Virus record (IMG/VR): IMGVR_UViG_3300033153_005402
Coordinates: 1-49,356 of that record
Source of the DNA: a virus
Lineage: Duplodnaviria > Caudoviricetes
DNA length: 49,356 nucleotides
Reading direction: 5' to 3' (one strand)
Part shown: piece after piece, positions 9,970 to 20,279 of the stretch
How the letters are laid out: each line of letters opens with the position of its first letter
How positions within the stretch are numbered: position 1 is the first letter of the stretch
Translations under genes and position numbers: made by a program
The notes under the pieces: generated by a model
What the model saw: the letters and a program-made list of their open reading frames with translations, nothing else
Told to the model about the DNA's origin: nothing
The model's database searches: none

Positions 9970-10580
9970 AATTTCATAACCCGGAATTGTGACAACAGAC
10001 GTTTAACGTTAGACGGTATTACCTCTAGGGCAAGGGTAACCGATGCGCCCTGGGCTGGTATTCTGTTCTCGTAAATATCAGTTGACCATAATAGAATTGC
10101 CTGCCTCAAGGGGGAGGGGACATCCTCGGGCTCCGGTCCATACCCGGCCTTATAGATAACCTCTATTCCCATGTGAGCCCTGCCACCGGTCGGGGCGGAT
10201 CCTGGAGTATAGATAAAACCTGGATCTTTATTCTCTGAAAGATAATATTCTGAGGGATCGATCAGGGTTCCTGCCCCGTAATCATCTAGCGTTTTAATAC
10301 TGGTTATAGATATAGCGGGGGCCTTTGGTAATGCCATGGGTTGTTCCCATAGAGACATGGTTAACCGGAGGGTCTTTTCTATCAATGTTCTACCTAGCCA
10401 TTTTTCACAGGTTAACCTTGTGGCCTTTATGACTGATTCTAAATATTCGTTTTCTTCAACGGTATCTATCCTGGCCGCTATCTTTAATTCTTCTAGGGTA
10501 ATGGGTTCAACTCCCGAATCCTCAACAACGGTTACCTGTTTCCTTTTGAATTCCAGGGGAATAGATCTACCTGTTAGCAT
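9966..10580 (-). CDS. Head-tail connector (gp6/gp15-like)
   Basis: EPITLEELK..ARID and YKAGYG...VPSPLRQAILL motifs. Confidence 0.88.
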   Translation of the reverse strand: MLTGRSIPLEFKRKQVTVVEDSGVEPITLEELKIAARIDTVEENEYLESVIKATRLTCEKWLGRTLIEKTLRLTMSLWEQPMALPKAPAISITSIKTLDDYGAGTLIDPSEYYLSENKDPGFIYTPGSAPTGGRAHMGIEVIYKAGYGPEPEDVPSPLRQAILLWSTDIYENRIPAQGASVTLALEVIPSNVKRLLSQFRVMKL

Positions 10581-10924
10581 TATTTATTATCCTGCCCACC
10601 AAGGGCCTTGTTCTCCAGGGTTTCGGATAGCATTTTAGCCTCTGATTTCTTCGGCCATTTCTTATCCTTTTTCTTTGGTTGTTCCTCGGTTTCCTGAATC
10701 TCTGGGGTTTCCTCTTTTTCTGTTAACATTTCGGCATGTTCCTTTTTAATAAAAGATTTTGCTACGGTTTCTGTAATGTCTGTCCCTACGGTATATTCTC
10801 TATTCTTCTTGTAGACTGCCGCATTAATACCATTGATAGAACCGAGTCGAGTTTTATTCATTTTAATTTTCATTATCATCCCTTCAAGAATATAGGCGGG
10901 GAGCCAAGGATACCCCCCGCCCAT
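10580..10924 (-). CDS. Small capsid-adjacent hypothetical protein
   Basis: Co-oriented, with a charged tail ending ENKA. The true start is probably a downstream Met. Confidence 0.6.
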   Translation of the reverse strand: MGGGYPWLPAYILEGMIMKIKMNKTRLGSINGINAAVYKKNREYTVGTDITETVAKSFIKKEHAEMLTEKEETPEIQETEEQPKKKDKKWPKKSEAKMLSETLENKALGGQDNK

Positions 10925-10940
10925 TAATCAGACTAAGTGT

Positions 10941-11390
10941 TTAGTCGTTAGAGACAGGTAACCGGAAGTTTCCACCCAATGCCATATCACCGGCAAATGC
11001 GGTCCCAGTAGAATGGGTTCCAACACCTTCAACAGAAAGGCGCAACCATGCGTTACTGCCACGATATTGGACCAAATAAACTTTGGAGCCCTGGGCGTTA
11101 TCTATGAGACTTGCCCATACCCCGCTGTTAACTTCGGATTCCTGACCGAACAAATATTCATCAGGTACGAATTCCCAGACACCGGGAACGCCATCACTGT
11201 CTGGGGCATGTTCCAGAATCAGATCAAACCGATTCACGGCGGAAAGGGTAATCCCTGGAACGCCAACATTAACATTAACGGCCGGAGATCCATACTGAGA
11301 AATATCAACAGGGGTTCCCACTACAAGGGAACCAGCCACCACCTGGGCGGGGAAAAAGTTTATAAATTTAATGTCGTTAACAATATCCAT
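10941..11390 (-). CDS. Putative head decoration protein
   Basis: Immediately after the capsid gene, beta-rich, with a YRGSNAWLRL motif. Confidence 0.6.
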   Translation of the reverse strand: MDIVNDIKFINFFPAQVVAGSLVVGTPVDISQYGSPAVNVNVGVPGITLSAVNRFDLILEHAPDSDGVPGVWEFVPDEYLFGQESEVNSGVWASLIDNAQGSKVYLVQYRGSNAWLRLSVEGVGTHSTGTAFAGDMALGGNFRLPVSND

Positions 11391-11489
11391 TTCATTTACT
11401 CCGTTTCTTTTTTGGTTTCTTTTTAATTGTCAAAGGTCGGGATTGGGAGGGGCAAGGGCCCCCTCCATCACCCGCTACAGGATAATCAA

Positions 11490-12884
11490 TTAACTTCCGC
11501 ATTTGCCGATTTTGTAGGCATTGGTTCTCTGGGGAGCGGCACCATGACGCATGGTGGCCTGAAAGAGAATATAAGGGAATGCCTTGTAGGGATTCTGGAG
11601 AACGGTAATTCCCCTGCGATCCACAATCTTATAGGCCTGTTGCCAATCGCCAAAGGCAAATGCCAACTGGTCAACGGCGGGGGCTGGCATGGCGGCGGCA
11701 AGATTCATGGGATACCCTAAAACGGTAGCAATGGCAATGCCACGGGCCTTCAACTCGGGCTGAAAAATGTAATTGCCTGCCTCATCTTTGATTTTAAAAA
11801 CGGCCCTTAGTCCCATTCTCTGCATCAACCAACTGGCGTTACTGTGAAAGAAATCTTCAAGGCCGGTCTGAATATCCACAAGGCCCTCATAGGTTGCGCC
11901 GTCATCATCGCCGGTGAGAATTTGTTCAACCTGTTTCCCATATTCGGTTCCTGCCGGAAGGCCAAGAATCCCGATTGGTTTGGTATTTCCATCGCCAGTA
12001 ATAAAAGAAACTGCCTCTTTACGGGCGAAACGTTCTCCAAGTTTCCGGCCAACATAGGCAGAAACATTGATGCTGGCATCTTCCAGAAATTGGCTGGTTA
12101 CCTTGGGGAAGGCATAGCATTCATGAACGGGAATAGTCAGTTTGCCAAATTTGCCTGCCTCGGTTTCTGTCCGGGCGGAAATTTCATTAGCATACAATGC
12201 CTCAAATTCTGCATCCTCGGTCGGTTCCTCAAACTGTTTACTACCAATGGTAATAACTTCTGACAACCTTCTGAGAGGGGACGATTCATAGCGCCGTTCC
12301 ATAATCTGATCGGACATTTCCACGGGGCAAACATACCCACCATCGGGGCCAACACCAACGGACAAGAATTTCTTATCTTCTGGTTCCACGTTCTCTTTGC
12401 CTTTGCGGAGAAACAGATCGTAAGACTTGCAATATTGGGCGTAATCTTCGCCTTTAAATCCGGCAACGTCCGAATCTAACTGAAGGCGATCCATGACGGA
12501 TTTAGAAGTCGTGAAAAACTCGGCGGCCTTTGCACCAAGTTCTCCCGCCTCTTTACTCACTTCCCCGGGCACCCGGTTCATGGCAGTTTCAATACTATCT
12601 ACCCTTTTGGCGGCATCGTCCTGTAACTGCTGGACCTTGGCGAGAACGGCGGTTTCCTGTTTCGCCATCTTCTCTTTCATCATGGAATCCATACCCGTTT
12701 TCTGGGCCTCATCGTTGGTAGTCTTGTATGCCTCCCATTCGCCCTTGAAAGATTCAAACTTTTTATTAACGTCTTTGCCATACTCTTTCATCTCATCGGT
12801 TACTTCATTTTCAACATCGTCCTGCTGTTCCCCTGCATCTTTCACTTCATAGCGGGGGGGTAAATTGGTAATGCGTTTTTTCAT
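11490..12884 (-). CDS. Major capsid protein, HK97 fold
   Basis: DGGYVCP, SPLRRL, FITGDGNTKPIGIL and FAFGDW motifs with an N-terminal coiled-coil delta domain. A GGAGG RBS supports the start at 12884. Confidence 0.95.
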   Translation of the reverse strand: MKKRITNLPPRYEVKDAGEQQDDVENEVTDEMKEYGKDVNKKFESFKGEWEAYKTTNDEAQKTGMDSMMKEKMAKQETAVLAKVQQLQDDAAKRVDSIETAMNRVPGEVSKEAGELGAKAAEFFTTSKSVMDRLQLDSDVAGFKGEDYAQYCKSYDLFLRKGKENVEPEDKKFLSVGVGPDGGYVCPVEMSDQIMERRYESSPLRRLSEVITIGSKQFEEPTEDAEFEALYANEISARTETEAGKFGKLTIPVHECYAFPKVTSQFLEDASINVSAYVGRKLGERFARKEAVSFITGDGNTKPIGILGLPAGTEYGKQVEQILTGDDDGATYEGLVDIQTGLEDFFHSNASWLMQRMGLRAVFKIKDEAGNYIFQPELKARGIAIATVLGYPMNLAAAMPAPAVDQLAFAFGDWQQAYKIVDRRGITVLQNPYKAFPYILFQATMRHGAAPQRTNAYKIGKCGS

Positions 12885-12885
12885 C

Positions 12886-13620
12886 TTAAATTTCCTCCAA
12901 TCGTTTTCTTGCGTTTCTAATTGATAACAATATTTCCTTTGCTCCCCGGACATCCCGTCCGTTGAAGTCATGCCGGTTAGACAACCAAGTCGCCATTCTC
13001 TTGGCTATGCCTGCCTCCCGCAAGGCAAATTCCAATTCTCTGGGGGTCTTGGCCTCAAATATACCAGCATCTTTAACCCTGGTTATCTTTGCCCGGGTAT
13101 TAGCCGGAAAAGTAACCGGGGATATTTCCCACAAATCAAGTTTGTTGAGATACCGTATTCCCTTATCCGAATCCCATTCAACATCCTTTTCATAATTCTT
13201 TATGAAATAACCAATGGACAATCCCCCTATAGCCTTTCTTTTCATTAGGGCATGAACCCTAAAGGCATCCGGCACGTTTGGAACTCCGGTGTCAACGGAT
13301 TCATCTTCATCAGTTTTGATAGTCTTGATAGTATCAAGAATCAATTGGCCCTCAACATAGAGGCCCTTTTTATCTTCATGTACATCGGTATAGTATCCAA
13401 TTGGATTTGAAACGTTATGTTGCCACAACATCCTAATGCCTCTGGGCCCTTTTCTTTTTATGGATTCTTTAAATGCTCCCTTGTTTACAACATCACCGAC
13501 AAGATCTCTATTGCCGAATATAGAACCGTACCCCTTAAACGATCCATCCTCGCTGATATCAGATTCCTTTAATTCAAAAGTACATTCGATGATATCTGGC
13601 GAATAATCTTTTTTTAGCAT
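12886..13620 (-). CDS. Prohead protease, HK97 family
   Basis: FKGYGSIFG..D, MLWQH, GLSIGY and LWEISPVTFPAN motifs. The RBS favours a start at 13620. Confidence 0.95.
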   Translation of the reverse strand: MLKKDYSPDIIECTFELKESDISEDGSFKGYGSIFGNRDLVGDVVNKGAFKESIKRKGPRGIRMLWQHNVSNPIGYYTDVHEDKKGLYVEGQLILDTIKTIKTDEDESVDTGVPNVPDAFRVHALMKRKAIGGLSIGYFIKNYEKDVEWDSDKGIRYLNKLDLWEISPVTFPANTRAKITRVKDAGIFEAKTPRELEFALREAGIAKRMATWLSNRHDFNGRDVRGAKEILLSIRNARKRLEEI

Positions 13621-13663
13621 TTGCGCCCCCTTTATGGTCTTAATGATATATACGGTTTTTTTT

Positions 13664-14518
13664 TTAGTCAACTAAAGTTTTAATACTAAAACATCTACAG
13701 TTGATAATTTCACTAGCCACATTCTCCCCCGTTGCATTTGGATCACCGGGATAGAGTAATTTTACCCTCCCCACTTGGTAAAGATCTGCTAGGGGAATGC
13801 CGCTATCAGAGTAGCGTGATTCCGCCGCAAGGTGGCTATCTCTTACCCTGTCGTCACTGGCAGTCACCCATTCCTTTAGAAAGTTCCCACCCGTTGCTAT
13901 GGCCGCCTGTTCGTTGCCGTAGTTCTGGGCATTGTGAACCTCTGTTCGGGCTATCATCTGAGCCCTGTTCCTCGCGGTTATCACCCGGGAGATCCGGCGG
14001 TCGCCAACTCTGACAGATACAGGGAGATCCCCTATGGTATCCTTGATCTTTTCCGCGATCTGTCTAGGATTCAAACCCTCTTGTAATCCCCTCATGACCA
14101 CCCTGCGGATCTTTAACTTGGTTGTATTGACGATTTCAACAACCTCATTAGCCGCCCATAGTGCTACAAACTCCTCTAGGTTTTCTTCAAAGATTGTTTC
14201 CGCACCCTTCCGGAATATGCCCGTCAATACCCCTTTCCTAGCATCGTTGTATTCTTCAAATAGCCATTGGGCATTGAACATGGCGGTTTTCTTAAATAGG
14301 GCAATGGCGGTTTCCTCCCACTGTTCATTTACAGTATCAATGATATCTAGTGCCTCGTTTAGATCTCCTGTTTCCTCGTAGGCACTAGCGGCTAGATTAG
14401 ACTGTTTGCTAATCAATCTGGCATAGGGTTTGATCGCCGCCTTCTCAAACTTGGCATTAGCCCGGTTAATCCGGGTTACCATCTTCCGTTTCTCAAACAG
14501 GCTAGTTAGATTTAACAT
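13664..14518 (-). CDS. Minor head protein, Mu gpF/SPP1 gp7-like
   Basis: RAQMIARTE...KEWVTASDDRVRDSH...YPGDP...INCRC motif. Confidence 0.92.
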   Translation of the reverse strand: MLNLTSLFEKRKMVTRINRANAKFEKAAIKPYARLISKQSNLAASAYEETGDLNEALDIIDTVNEQWEETAIALFKKTAMFNAQWLFEEYNDARKGVLTGIFRKGAETIFEENLEEFVALWAANEVVEIVNTTKLKIRRVVMRGLQEGLNPRQIAEKIKDTIGDLPVSVRVGDRRISRVITARNRAQMIARTEVHNAQNYGNEQAAIATGGNFLKEWVTASDDRVRDSHLAAESRYSDSGIPLADLYQVGRVKLLYPGDPNATGENVASEIINCRCFSIKTLVD

Positions 14519-15866
14519 TGGTTTCTAATGGCAGTCTTAACATTTTCTCGAATTCAATTAATCCTTTTTCCCCGCCTGCCCGGGCGTTCTTGGCCGCTGT
14601 CTCTGCCTCTATGTCAACCTCCCCCGCCAACTCAAGAGGGATAACCCCGGCTGGAATGAGTATCAGATCGCCACCAACAACGGAATCATAACCCGCCAGC
14701 TCCCGTTTCTCATTAATGCTAAGAAAACTTGAGGTCTGGGCCCTTATCCAAGAGGTATCACGGCGACCGGCCAGGGCGGGAACCCCGGATAGATCATAAT
14801 CCATAACCAGATTACCCCGGCGGAATTTAGGTAACAACCAATGGTTATATTCTGATCTGATTATATTCAAATAAAATATTACTGGATTCTCCCATAATGC
14901 CTGCCATGCTAATTCCATATTAGAATAAGTATTTTCCCCCTTGATTCCTACCACCTGGGCAGGCACCCGGTAGGCAGTTGCAATAAACCGGGATTGGGCA
15001 TCAAGTCCATTCAACCAATCCAGATCTTTGGGGCTGATTGATTGAGCAAAGAATTTCAGGCCGCCCTCAAGGACAAGGGGCCGCCCTGCATTCATGGCCC
15101 CCTGATATCGTTCTTCTAATTCTTTTTGTAGGGTTTCCCGTTGTTCCTCTTCTAGCTCCCCTTCCGTTGTCAGATAACCCGCTGGCCTAGCGTCATTGTC
15201 CAGGAGTTTCTTTGACCATGTATTGATTGAGTTGTAGATGTCAATGTTTCTAGCGGCCGCCTGCATTGGTGATAACCCATAATAGGAATTCGTTGGATGC
15301 CACAACTTGAGATGTTTCATCATGGATTCCCCAGAGGGTTGGGTAACCTCCCATTTAATTTTATCGCTACTCCCCCCCGCGCTGTATTCATAGCGTGATA
15401 TCCCAAAGGGACCGGGCACGATATTCATATAATCTGGTCGCTGGTTATATAGTTCAACTGGTATGCCCTGGTTAGTCCCGGTATCTGCCCCCTGGGCATT
15501 GGTATAATTATTGCCCGATATCAAAAGATAACTGATTGTCTCTGCGATGAATGCTGGCCATCCCTGATTAGGATTGGGGCGATCTAAAAGTTTCTTTATC
15601 GGATCGTCTGGATTCAATACCTCTTTCCTTGTCCCGTCCCTTGCTACCTCATACAAATACCAGGGAACAGTTGATACCGCTGATGCGATCTCGTTAATGC
15701 AACGGAAGGCAACAATACATTTTTCGTATCCCTCTTCTGATAACTTGGTGTAATTTGTGGGAGTCCACAATGCCCGGCCTAAATTACTCCCGGCGTTTAA
15801 TATGGCTGTTACATTTGATTTGGTCCCACCAACAAGTCTATTTACAAGTCGCCCCCATATACCCAT
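14502..15866 (-). CDS. Portal protein, HK97 family
   Basis: LLDRPNP, YYGLSP, NAGRPLVLEGG, TYSNME and LSINEKRE motifs. Confidence 0.95.
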   Translation of the reverse strand: MGIWGRLVNRLVGGTKSNVTAILNAGSNLGRALWTPTNYTKLSEEGYEKCIVAFRCINEIASAVSTVPWYLYEVARDGTRKEVLNPDDPIKKLLDRPNPNQGWPAFIAETISYLLISGNNYTNAQGADTGTNQGIPVELYNQRPDYMNIVPGPFGISRYEYSAGGSSDKIKWEVTQPSGESMMKHLKLWHPTNSYYGLSPMQAAARNIDIYNSINTWSKKLLDNDARPAGYLTTEGELEEEQRETLQKELEERYQGAMNAGRPLVLEGGLKFFAQSISPKDLDWLNGLDAQSRFIATAYRVPAQVVGIKGENTYSNMELAWQALWENPVIFYLNIIRSEYNHWLLPKFRRGNLVMDYDLSGVPALAGRRDTSWIRAQTSSFLSINEKRELAGYDSVVGGDLILIPAGVIPLELAGEVDIEAETAAKNARAGGEKGLIEFEKMLRLPLETNVKSN

Positions 15867-15881
15867 GGATGCCCCCTTTGG

Positions 15882-17117
15882 TTACCATGCCCTAACCCTT
15901 TTCTGCCCGGGTTTCTTAGCTGGCCTGAAAATTTCTGTTCCATATCTAATAGCCGCCATAGAGTGATCGTCATAATCAATCGGTTCCTCTAACACGTTTC
16001 CGGCCCTATCTGTTTTATTGCGATATTTTTTAATTTCTTTTATCACGTTAACGCATTCTGGGTGTATATACCATTTAATTCCCCTCAACCAATTGTTTCC
16101 GTAGTTAACAGAGTCGGCCCCTTTTATGGCCCCACGGATATTAAACCTTTGATCTTTGATTTCTTCAATACTTTTTGGTTCCGCTGAGTCAGCTATTGTC
16201 AATCCGTTGGGTTCCATGAAACCTCCTTCATAGGCCATCTTGGATAACTGATCGTTGGTCTTTCTCTCAGTATAGATTTCATCGAGTATATATAACTCCC
16301 CGTCTTTCCAACCCATCTTGATCCAGGCGGCCGGTTCAACAAACCCAAAGTCTAGTCCATAGAAGATCTTTTTATAATCCTCTGGATCGCGGGATACCTC
16401 TTTGATTACCCACTTATCATATATCTTGTGTTTGAGTTCTCCCCATTCGCCCTTGGCGTAAATCTTCCAGGTCATTTCGTCTTTGTATCTGAGGTTCTCC
16501 AATACCTCTTTGTATTTCTCATCCAAGAAAGGGTTATCCTCATAGGTTGTTTTCAATACTGAGGCATCGGGGTTTACCTTCTTAATGAATTCATCCTTGG
16601 CCCAAAAATCTTCCGAGGGGTTGAAGGTCATCATGATCTGATAATAAGAATCAAAGGGGCCCCTCAACCTCATGTCGCATTGCAAGTAATCCTCAAAGGT
16701 AAATTCCGTTGCCTCTTCCAACCATATCCCGGTTACACCCTCAATTGATTTAATCTTCTCCGGATCGTCAAGGCCGGAAAACATAATCTGAGAACCATTG
16801 TCAAAGTCAATTAGCAACTCTTGTTTCTTAACCTTGGAAATAGATTGTAAACCCCATTCTCTCCGGTAGTTTTTGGCCAGGGCAAAGGTTGATTTCCTAA
16901 CTGCCGGTTGGGTTTTACGCAAGACTAGAAACTTGTGTTTAATCTCTGTCTCATATCCGGCGAGTATCCGGGTTAGCATCTTCTGGCAGGCCGCATGGGA
17001 TTTACCGGAACCGGCCCCGCCGTACAAGGTAGCATACCTGTTTCTATCAAACATAAAGGGCCAATAAACGGGGGCTACGGCATCCCGGAGGCCGTCCATT
17101 TCAATTGGATCAGCCAT
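15882..17117 (-). CDS. terL: Terminase large subunit, PBSX family
   Basis: Walker A GGAGSGKS, Walker B IWLEEA, TFNP, GLDFG, ADSAEP and DDHSM motifs. Confidence 0.96.
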   Translation of the reverse strand: MADPIEMDGLRDAVAPVYWPFMFDRNRYATLYGGAGSGKSHAACQKMLTRILAGYETEIKHKFLVLRKTQPAVRKSTFALAKNYRREWGLQSISKVKKQELLIDFDNGSQIMFSGLDDPEKIKSIEGVTGIWLEEATEFTFEDYLQCDMRLRGPFDSYYQIMMTFNPSEDFWAKDEFIKKVNPDASVLKTTYEDNPFLDEKYKEVLENLRYKDEMTWKIYAKGEWGELKHKIYDKWVIKEVSRDPEDYKKIFYGLDFGFVEPAAWIKMGWKDGELYILDEIYTERKTNDQLSKMAYEGGFMEPNGLTIADSAEPKSIEEIKDQRFNIRGAIKGADSVNYGNNWLRGIKWYIHPECVNVIKEIKKYRNKTDRAGNVLEEPIDYDDHSMAAIRYGTEIFRPAKKPGQKRVRAW

Positions 17118-17119
17118 GG

Positions 17120-17605
17120 TTAATTAAAATCTTCGGCCTTCACACCCTCGGGGAGATTAACCTTTCTCTTGATACCAATAACCTCACCAGAAATATTAAG
17201 TTTCTGGGGAGCATCCAACCCTAGTATCTTACATTTTCTTTCAATGATACGATCAATCTGACTAGCAAAGGCGGGGTTACCGTCTGATTCAACGGTCTTA
17301 GTATAATCCCCACTCTTACCACCGGAGATAACGATATCTTTATCTTGTTTTGATTTCTCCCAGGCCTCCCACATTTCCTGTTTCAATACGTCCAACTCTT
17401 TCAACTGTTTTAGCATTGATTCCTTGATATCCGTTAGGTACTCTTCCCGCCATTCCGCCTTGGCCCTTCTCAAGTCAGCAAATACCATGGAAACTTTATT
17501 GCCTAATTCCTTGCCGATTTCTTTTAATTGATAACCCTTTAGATGCATGGCGGCGGATATCTTTGTATCCATGGCCTTTTTATATTGCGTCCGATGTTTT
17601 CCCAT
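17120..17605 (-). CDS. terS: Terminase small subunit
   Basis: N-terminal HTH-like segment and GNPAF...RKCKILGLDAP motif, directly upstream of TerL. Confidence 0.75.
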   Translation of the reverse strand: MGKHRTQYKKAMDTKISAAMHLKGYQLKEIGKELGNKVSMVFADLRRAKAEWREEYLTDIKESMLKQLKELDVLKQEMWEAWEKSKQDKDIVISGGKSGDYTKTVESDGNPAFASQIDRIIERKCKILGLDAPQKLNISGEVIGIKRKVNLPEGVKAEDFN

Positions 17606-17689
17606 TTCCCTTACCCCTTTGTTTTCTGGAGATTGTTTTTTTATTCCCTTCTTTTGAATATAAGATAGCAGAGGTTAAGGAATTATAAA

Positions 17690-17740
17690 ATAAAAATAAA
17701 GGCCCCCGTTTTATTCTCTGAGGGAAAATAATGGGGGCCC
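17690..17740 (-). terminator. Probable second terminator upstream of terS
   Basis: GGCCCCC...GGGGGCC inverted repeat followed on the minus strand by TTTATTTTT. Confidence 0.5.
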
Positions 17741-17778
17741 CGTATCAGGAAAACTTCTCAAAGGTCTATTATAACAAT

Positions 17779-17812
17779 AAAAAGGGCCCCGAAACAGACG
17801 ATTTCCGGGGCC
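17779..17812 (-). terminator. Intrinsic terminator at the end of the left accessory operon
   Basis: Minus strand reads GGCCCCGGAA-ATCGTCTG-TTTCGGGGCC-CTTTTT. Confidence 0.7.
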
Positions 17813-17839
17813 GGAGGTATTACAACGGACAAGTCGTAT

Positions 17840-18343
17840 CTATTTTACTGGTGCGGTTTCTGCCTTGGGCTCTGTTTTCTTTCTGGGTTGCGGTTGTGGA
17901 ACCGGAGTCTCTGGCCTGGGTTCTTCTTTTTTATCCTGTATGGGAGCATGTCCGGGACCGGGGATAGGGGCGGCGGCCTTCTGGTCTTTCACCTTGGGCA
18001 AGGGGCCTGTGGTTACCTTGGGGCCTTTAGCTCTGGCGGCCTGCTGTTGGGCCATCATAGCCATTTGCATAGCCTTTTGTTTCTGGGCATCGTTGTGGTT
18101 GATAAACGCAACCTGGAGATGCCTTAATTGAATCTGGGCGGCGGTAACGTCAACCTTTGCCCGGATAATCTTGGTAACCATTTCCGGATCGGTTACCTTC
18201 TGAACACAAAGAGTATTATAATCCATGTCCAGATCTTCGATCCTCTTAGTCAGATCAAAGTTTTTTTCCTCTGGGCTGGCCTCTTCTCTTACCTCTTCTT
18301 TTTTGGTTTCGGTTCCTGGTTTAGTTTCTTCCATTTCGACCAT
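17840..18343 (-). CDS. Hypothetical protein with a Gln/Pro-rich C-terminus
   Basis: Co-oriented ORF tightly packed with its neighbours. Confidence 0.7.
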   Translation of the reverse strand: MVEMEETKPGTETKKEEVREEASPEEKNFDLTKRIEDLDMDYNTLCVQKVTDPEMVTKIIRAKVDVTAAQIQLRHLQVAFINHNDAQKQKAMQMAMMAQQQAARAKGPKVTTGPLPKVKDQKAAAPIPGPGHAPIQDKKEEPRPETPVPQPQPRKKTEPKAETAPVK

Positions 18344-18344
18344 G

Positions 18345-18644
18345 TTACGTTCCTTCCGTTTGAGTTTTGGATTTTACATAATCCTCTATAAGTTTAATAC
18401 TATTTTTTAGGGCGTTAAGATATCCATGGGTTGAGCTACTAAGGGCGTTTATAATTGGTAGGTTCCAGCGGCCTATGGCTATTTCCCCATGGCTATTATA
18501 TTTATTATCTATTTCCACAATGGGTATATCAACGATCATTTCTATATCAGAGAAAGGGCCCTCCAGTTTCGTTAACAAAACTCTATCACCACCGATGGTT
18601 TTATATACTAATATACTCTTAATCGGATCGGTTGTTTCTTCCAT
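18345..18644 (-). CDS. Hypothetical protein
   Basis: GAAAGGGAG RBS, operon packing. Confidence 0.7.
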   Translation of the reverse strand: MEETTDPIKSILVYKTIGGDRVLLTKLEGPFSDIEMIVDIPIVEIDNKYNSHGEIAIGRWNLPIINALSSSTHGYLNALKNSIKLIEDYVKSKTQTEGT

Positions 18645-18655
18645 GATCTCCCTTT

Positions 18656-19021
18656 CTAAGACGTTACTATTTTTACCTTAAAACTAACATCCTCGTTAAT
18701 CCTTTTGATTAGCTCTTTCCTCTTGTCCTCATTCCATAGGAGATGAGATATGAACCGCTGAATAACCCAATCCTCTTTCATGAGTTGTTCTAAATACATT
18801 TCGGCATGATGTACCTCTAACTCCCCGGCTGGTATGTCATTTTTCTTTAGCATCTCTGGCATATCCAGAATCATTTTATGGGCGGCCAAATGCCCGATCT
18901 TGTCATTGTATTTTTCTATGAATGCCTCAATAAAACTCCCATACTCCCACCTGATCTCCTGTTCGATCTTGTCGTATACCTTGGCCTCGGTCCTGTCTTT
19001 TTCAATCGTTTCATTGTCCAT
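18656..19021 (-). CDS. Hypothetical protein
   Basis: AAAGGGA RBS, operon packing. Confidence 0.7.
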   Translation of the reverse strand: MDNETIEKDRTEAKVYDKIEQEIRWEYGSFIEAFIEKYNDKIGHLAAHKMILDMPEMLKKNDIPAGELEVHHAEMYLEQLMKEDWVIQRFISHLLWNEDKRKELIKRINEDVSFKVKIVTS

Positions 19022-19032
19022 GTTATCCCTTT

Positions 19033-19614
19033 CTATTGAAATAATGCGCCTTGTTTATCGTCCCTGTCTACCTGATTACCCCATACCTCCCAACCGGGAA
19101 CCCTCTTCCGGGAAAACAACTCTATCTTACGGGTCTGGGTTCCGAATAGTTTATCAATCAATTCCCGGAACAAATGCGGTTTGGCTGAATGGTCTAGGAC
19201 CGGGTGTAAATGAACCTGATGAATCCCGGCATTCTGCCGGGGAAGTCCCTTCCCCCGGGTTGCCAGCAAACACAATTCAGCATTGGCCCGGGTATATCTG
19301 CCCATGCCCATGAAGAGGCGGAACCCGCCCCCGGGATAAGTCTTAATCCAGGTAAAGGCGTTTGTCTTGTAGGTATACCCCCAGGCCTTGATAACGGCCA
19401 ATCCTTCCGCTAATAGGGGCATTGTAACCCAACATAGTAAAACCGAATTCTCGGCCGCCAGGGAGGCAACAGGAAGGTTACAGATATCCTCAACCCCCAT
19501 GCAAGGGTAATGGGATTCCGCCCCGCCCCCATGTGATTTTGATTTATCGTTGTAGCTCCAGGGCGGATCGGCCAAAACAATATCAAACTTCCCTTCTATC
19601 CCTTCTAAATTCAT
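19033..19614 (-). CDS. MT-A70 family adenine methyltransferase
   Basis: VLADPPW, AWGYTYKT, GRYTRANAELCLL, HSAKP and IELFSR...GWEVWGNQ motifs. Confidence 0.93.
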   Translation of the reverse strand: MNLEGIEGKFDIVLADPPWSYNDKSKSHGGGAESHYPCMGVEDICNLPVASLAAENSVLLCWVTMPLLAEGLAVIKAWGYTYKTNAFTWIKTYPGGGFRLFMGMGRYTRANAELCLLATRGKGLPRQNAGIHQVHLHPVLDHSAKPHLFRELIDKLFGTQTRKIELFSRKRVPGWEVWGNQVDRDDKQGALFQ

Positions 19615-19653
19615 TCTATTTCCCCTCAGTTTTTAAAAACTAATTGTAGCAAA

Positions 19654-19845
19654 TCAACGAAACTTAATCAAATCCTGGGCGCATTTTCCGCAATAATCTT
19701 TTATCCATTTGCCCTCACCATAGACCTTCACACATTGGGCGCAACCCTCAACCCCGCACTTGTAGCAGATAGCCAACTCCTGATCAAAACTTCCGCATAC
19801 CGGACACATGGGAACAATTTCTTTATTTCCCTTCTTTCCCTTCAT
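19654..19845 (-). CDS. Small Zn-finger protein
   Basis: Four CxxC pairs. Confidence 0.65.
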   Translation of the reverse strand: MKGKKGNKEIVPMCPVCGSFDQELAICYKCGVEGCAQCVKVYGEGKWIKDYCGKCAQDLIKFR

Positions 19846-20057
19846 TTTCTATCCCTTCTTTTGATAGGTGGCCATCCTCACATGATACGGCCTTTGCCCT
19901 GGTTTCATAAATGTAATTGCATGTGTCACACCGCCACCGGATATAATAACTCCCATTAATCTGAATCTTTAATCTCTTGGGCATGATCGCCTATTCTATC
20001 GCCCAAACAATACAGACTGCAACCAAATAAATTATGATAACGGCCGCCGTTAGCCAA

Positions 20058-20279
20058 TCAATTATCCCCTCTTGGGGTACTTGCTCCCCGTCTTTCATGT
20101 TCTCTAATATCCTGGTTTGATTGACGAATGGCAAGGACAAATAGCAGGGGCCACAAAACAATAATAGGAATTGTGGCTATCCAGTATCTATCATTTCCGC
20201 CGTGATGGATAATTATTACATTTGCAATTGTCCAGAACAATACACCGATCCCAATGTAAATATTAATTGCTATTGTCAT
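20058..20279 (-). CDS. Small two-TM membrane protein
   Basis: Two hydrophobic segments, and an ATGA overlap with the upstream ORF. Confidence 0.6.
   Translation of the reverse strand: MTIAINIYIGIGVLFWTIANVIIIHHGGNDRYWIATIPIIVLWPLLFVLAIRQSNQDIREHERRGASTPRGDN

Noticed and set aside
11438-11474. Terminator after the capsid gene
   Set aside because: A GC-rich hairpin is present but has no U-tract on the coding strand, so at most it is a stability or processing element
546-17067. Plus-strand ORFs across the structural region
   Set aside because: They are antisense shadows of well-supported minus-strand genes, without recognisable motifs
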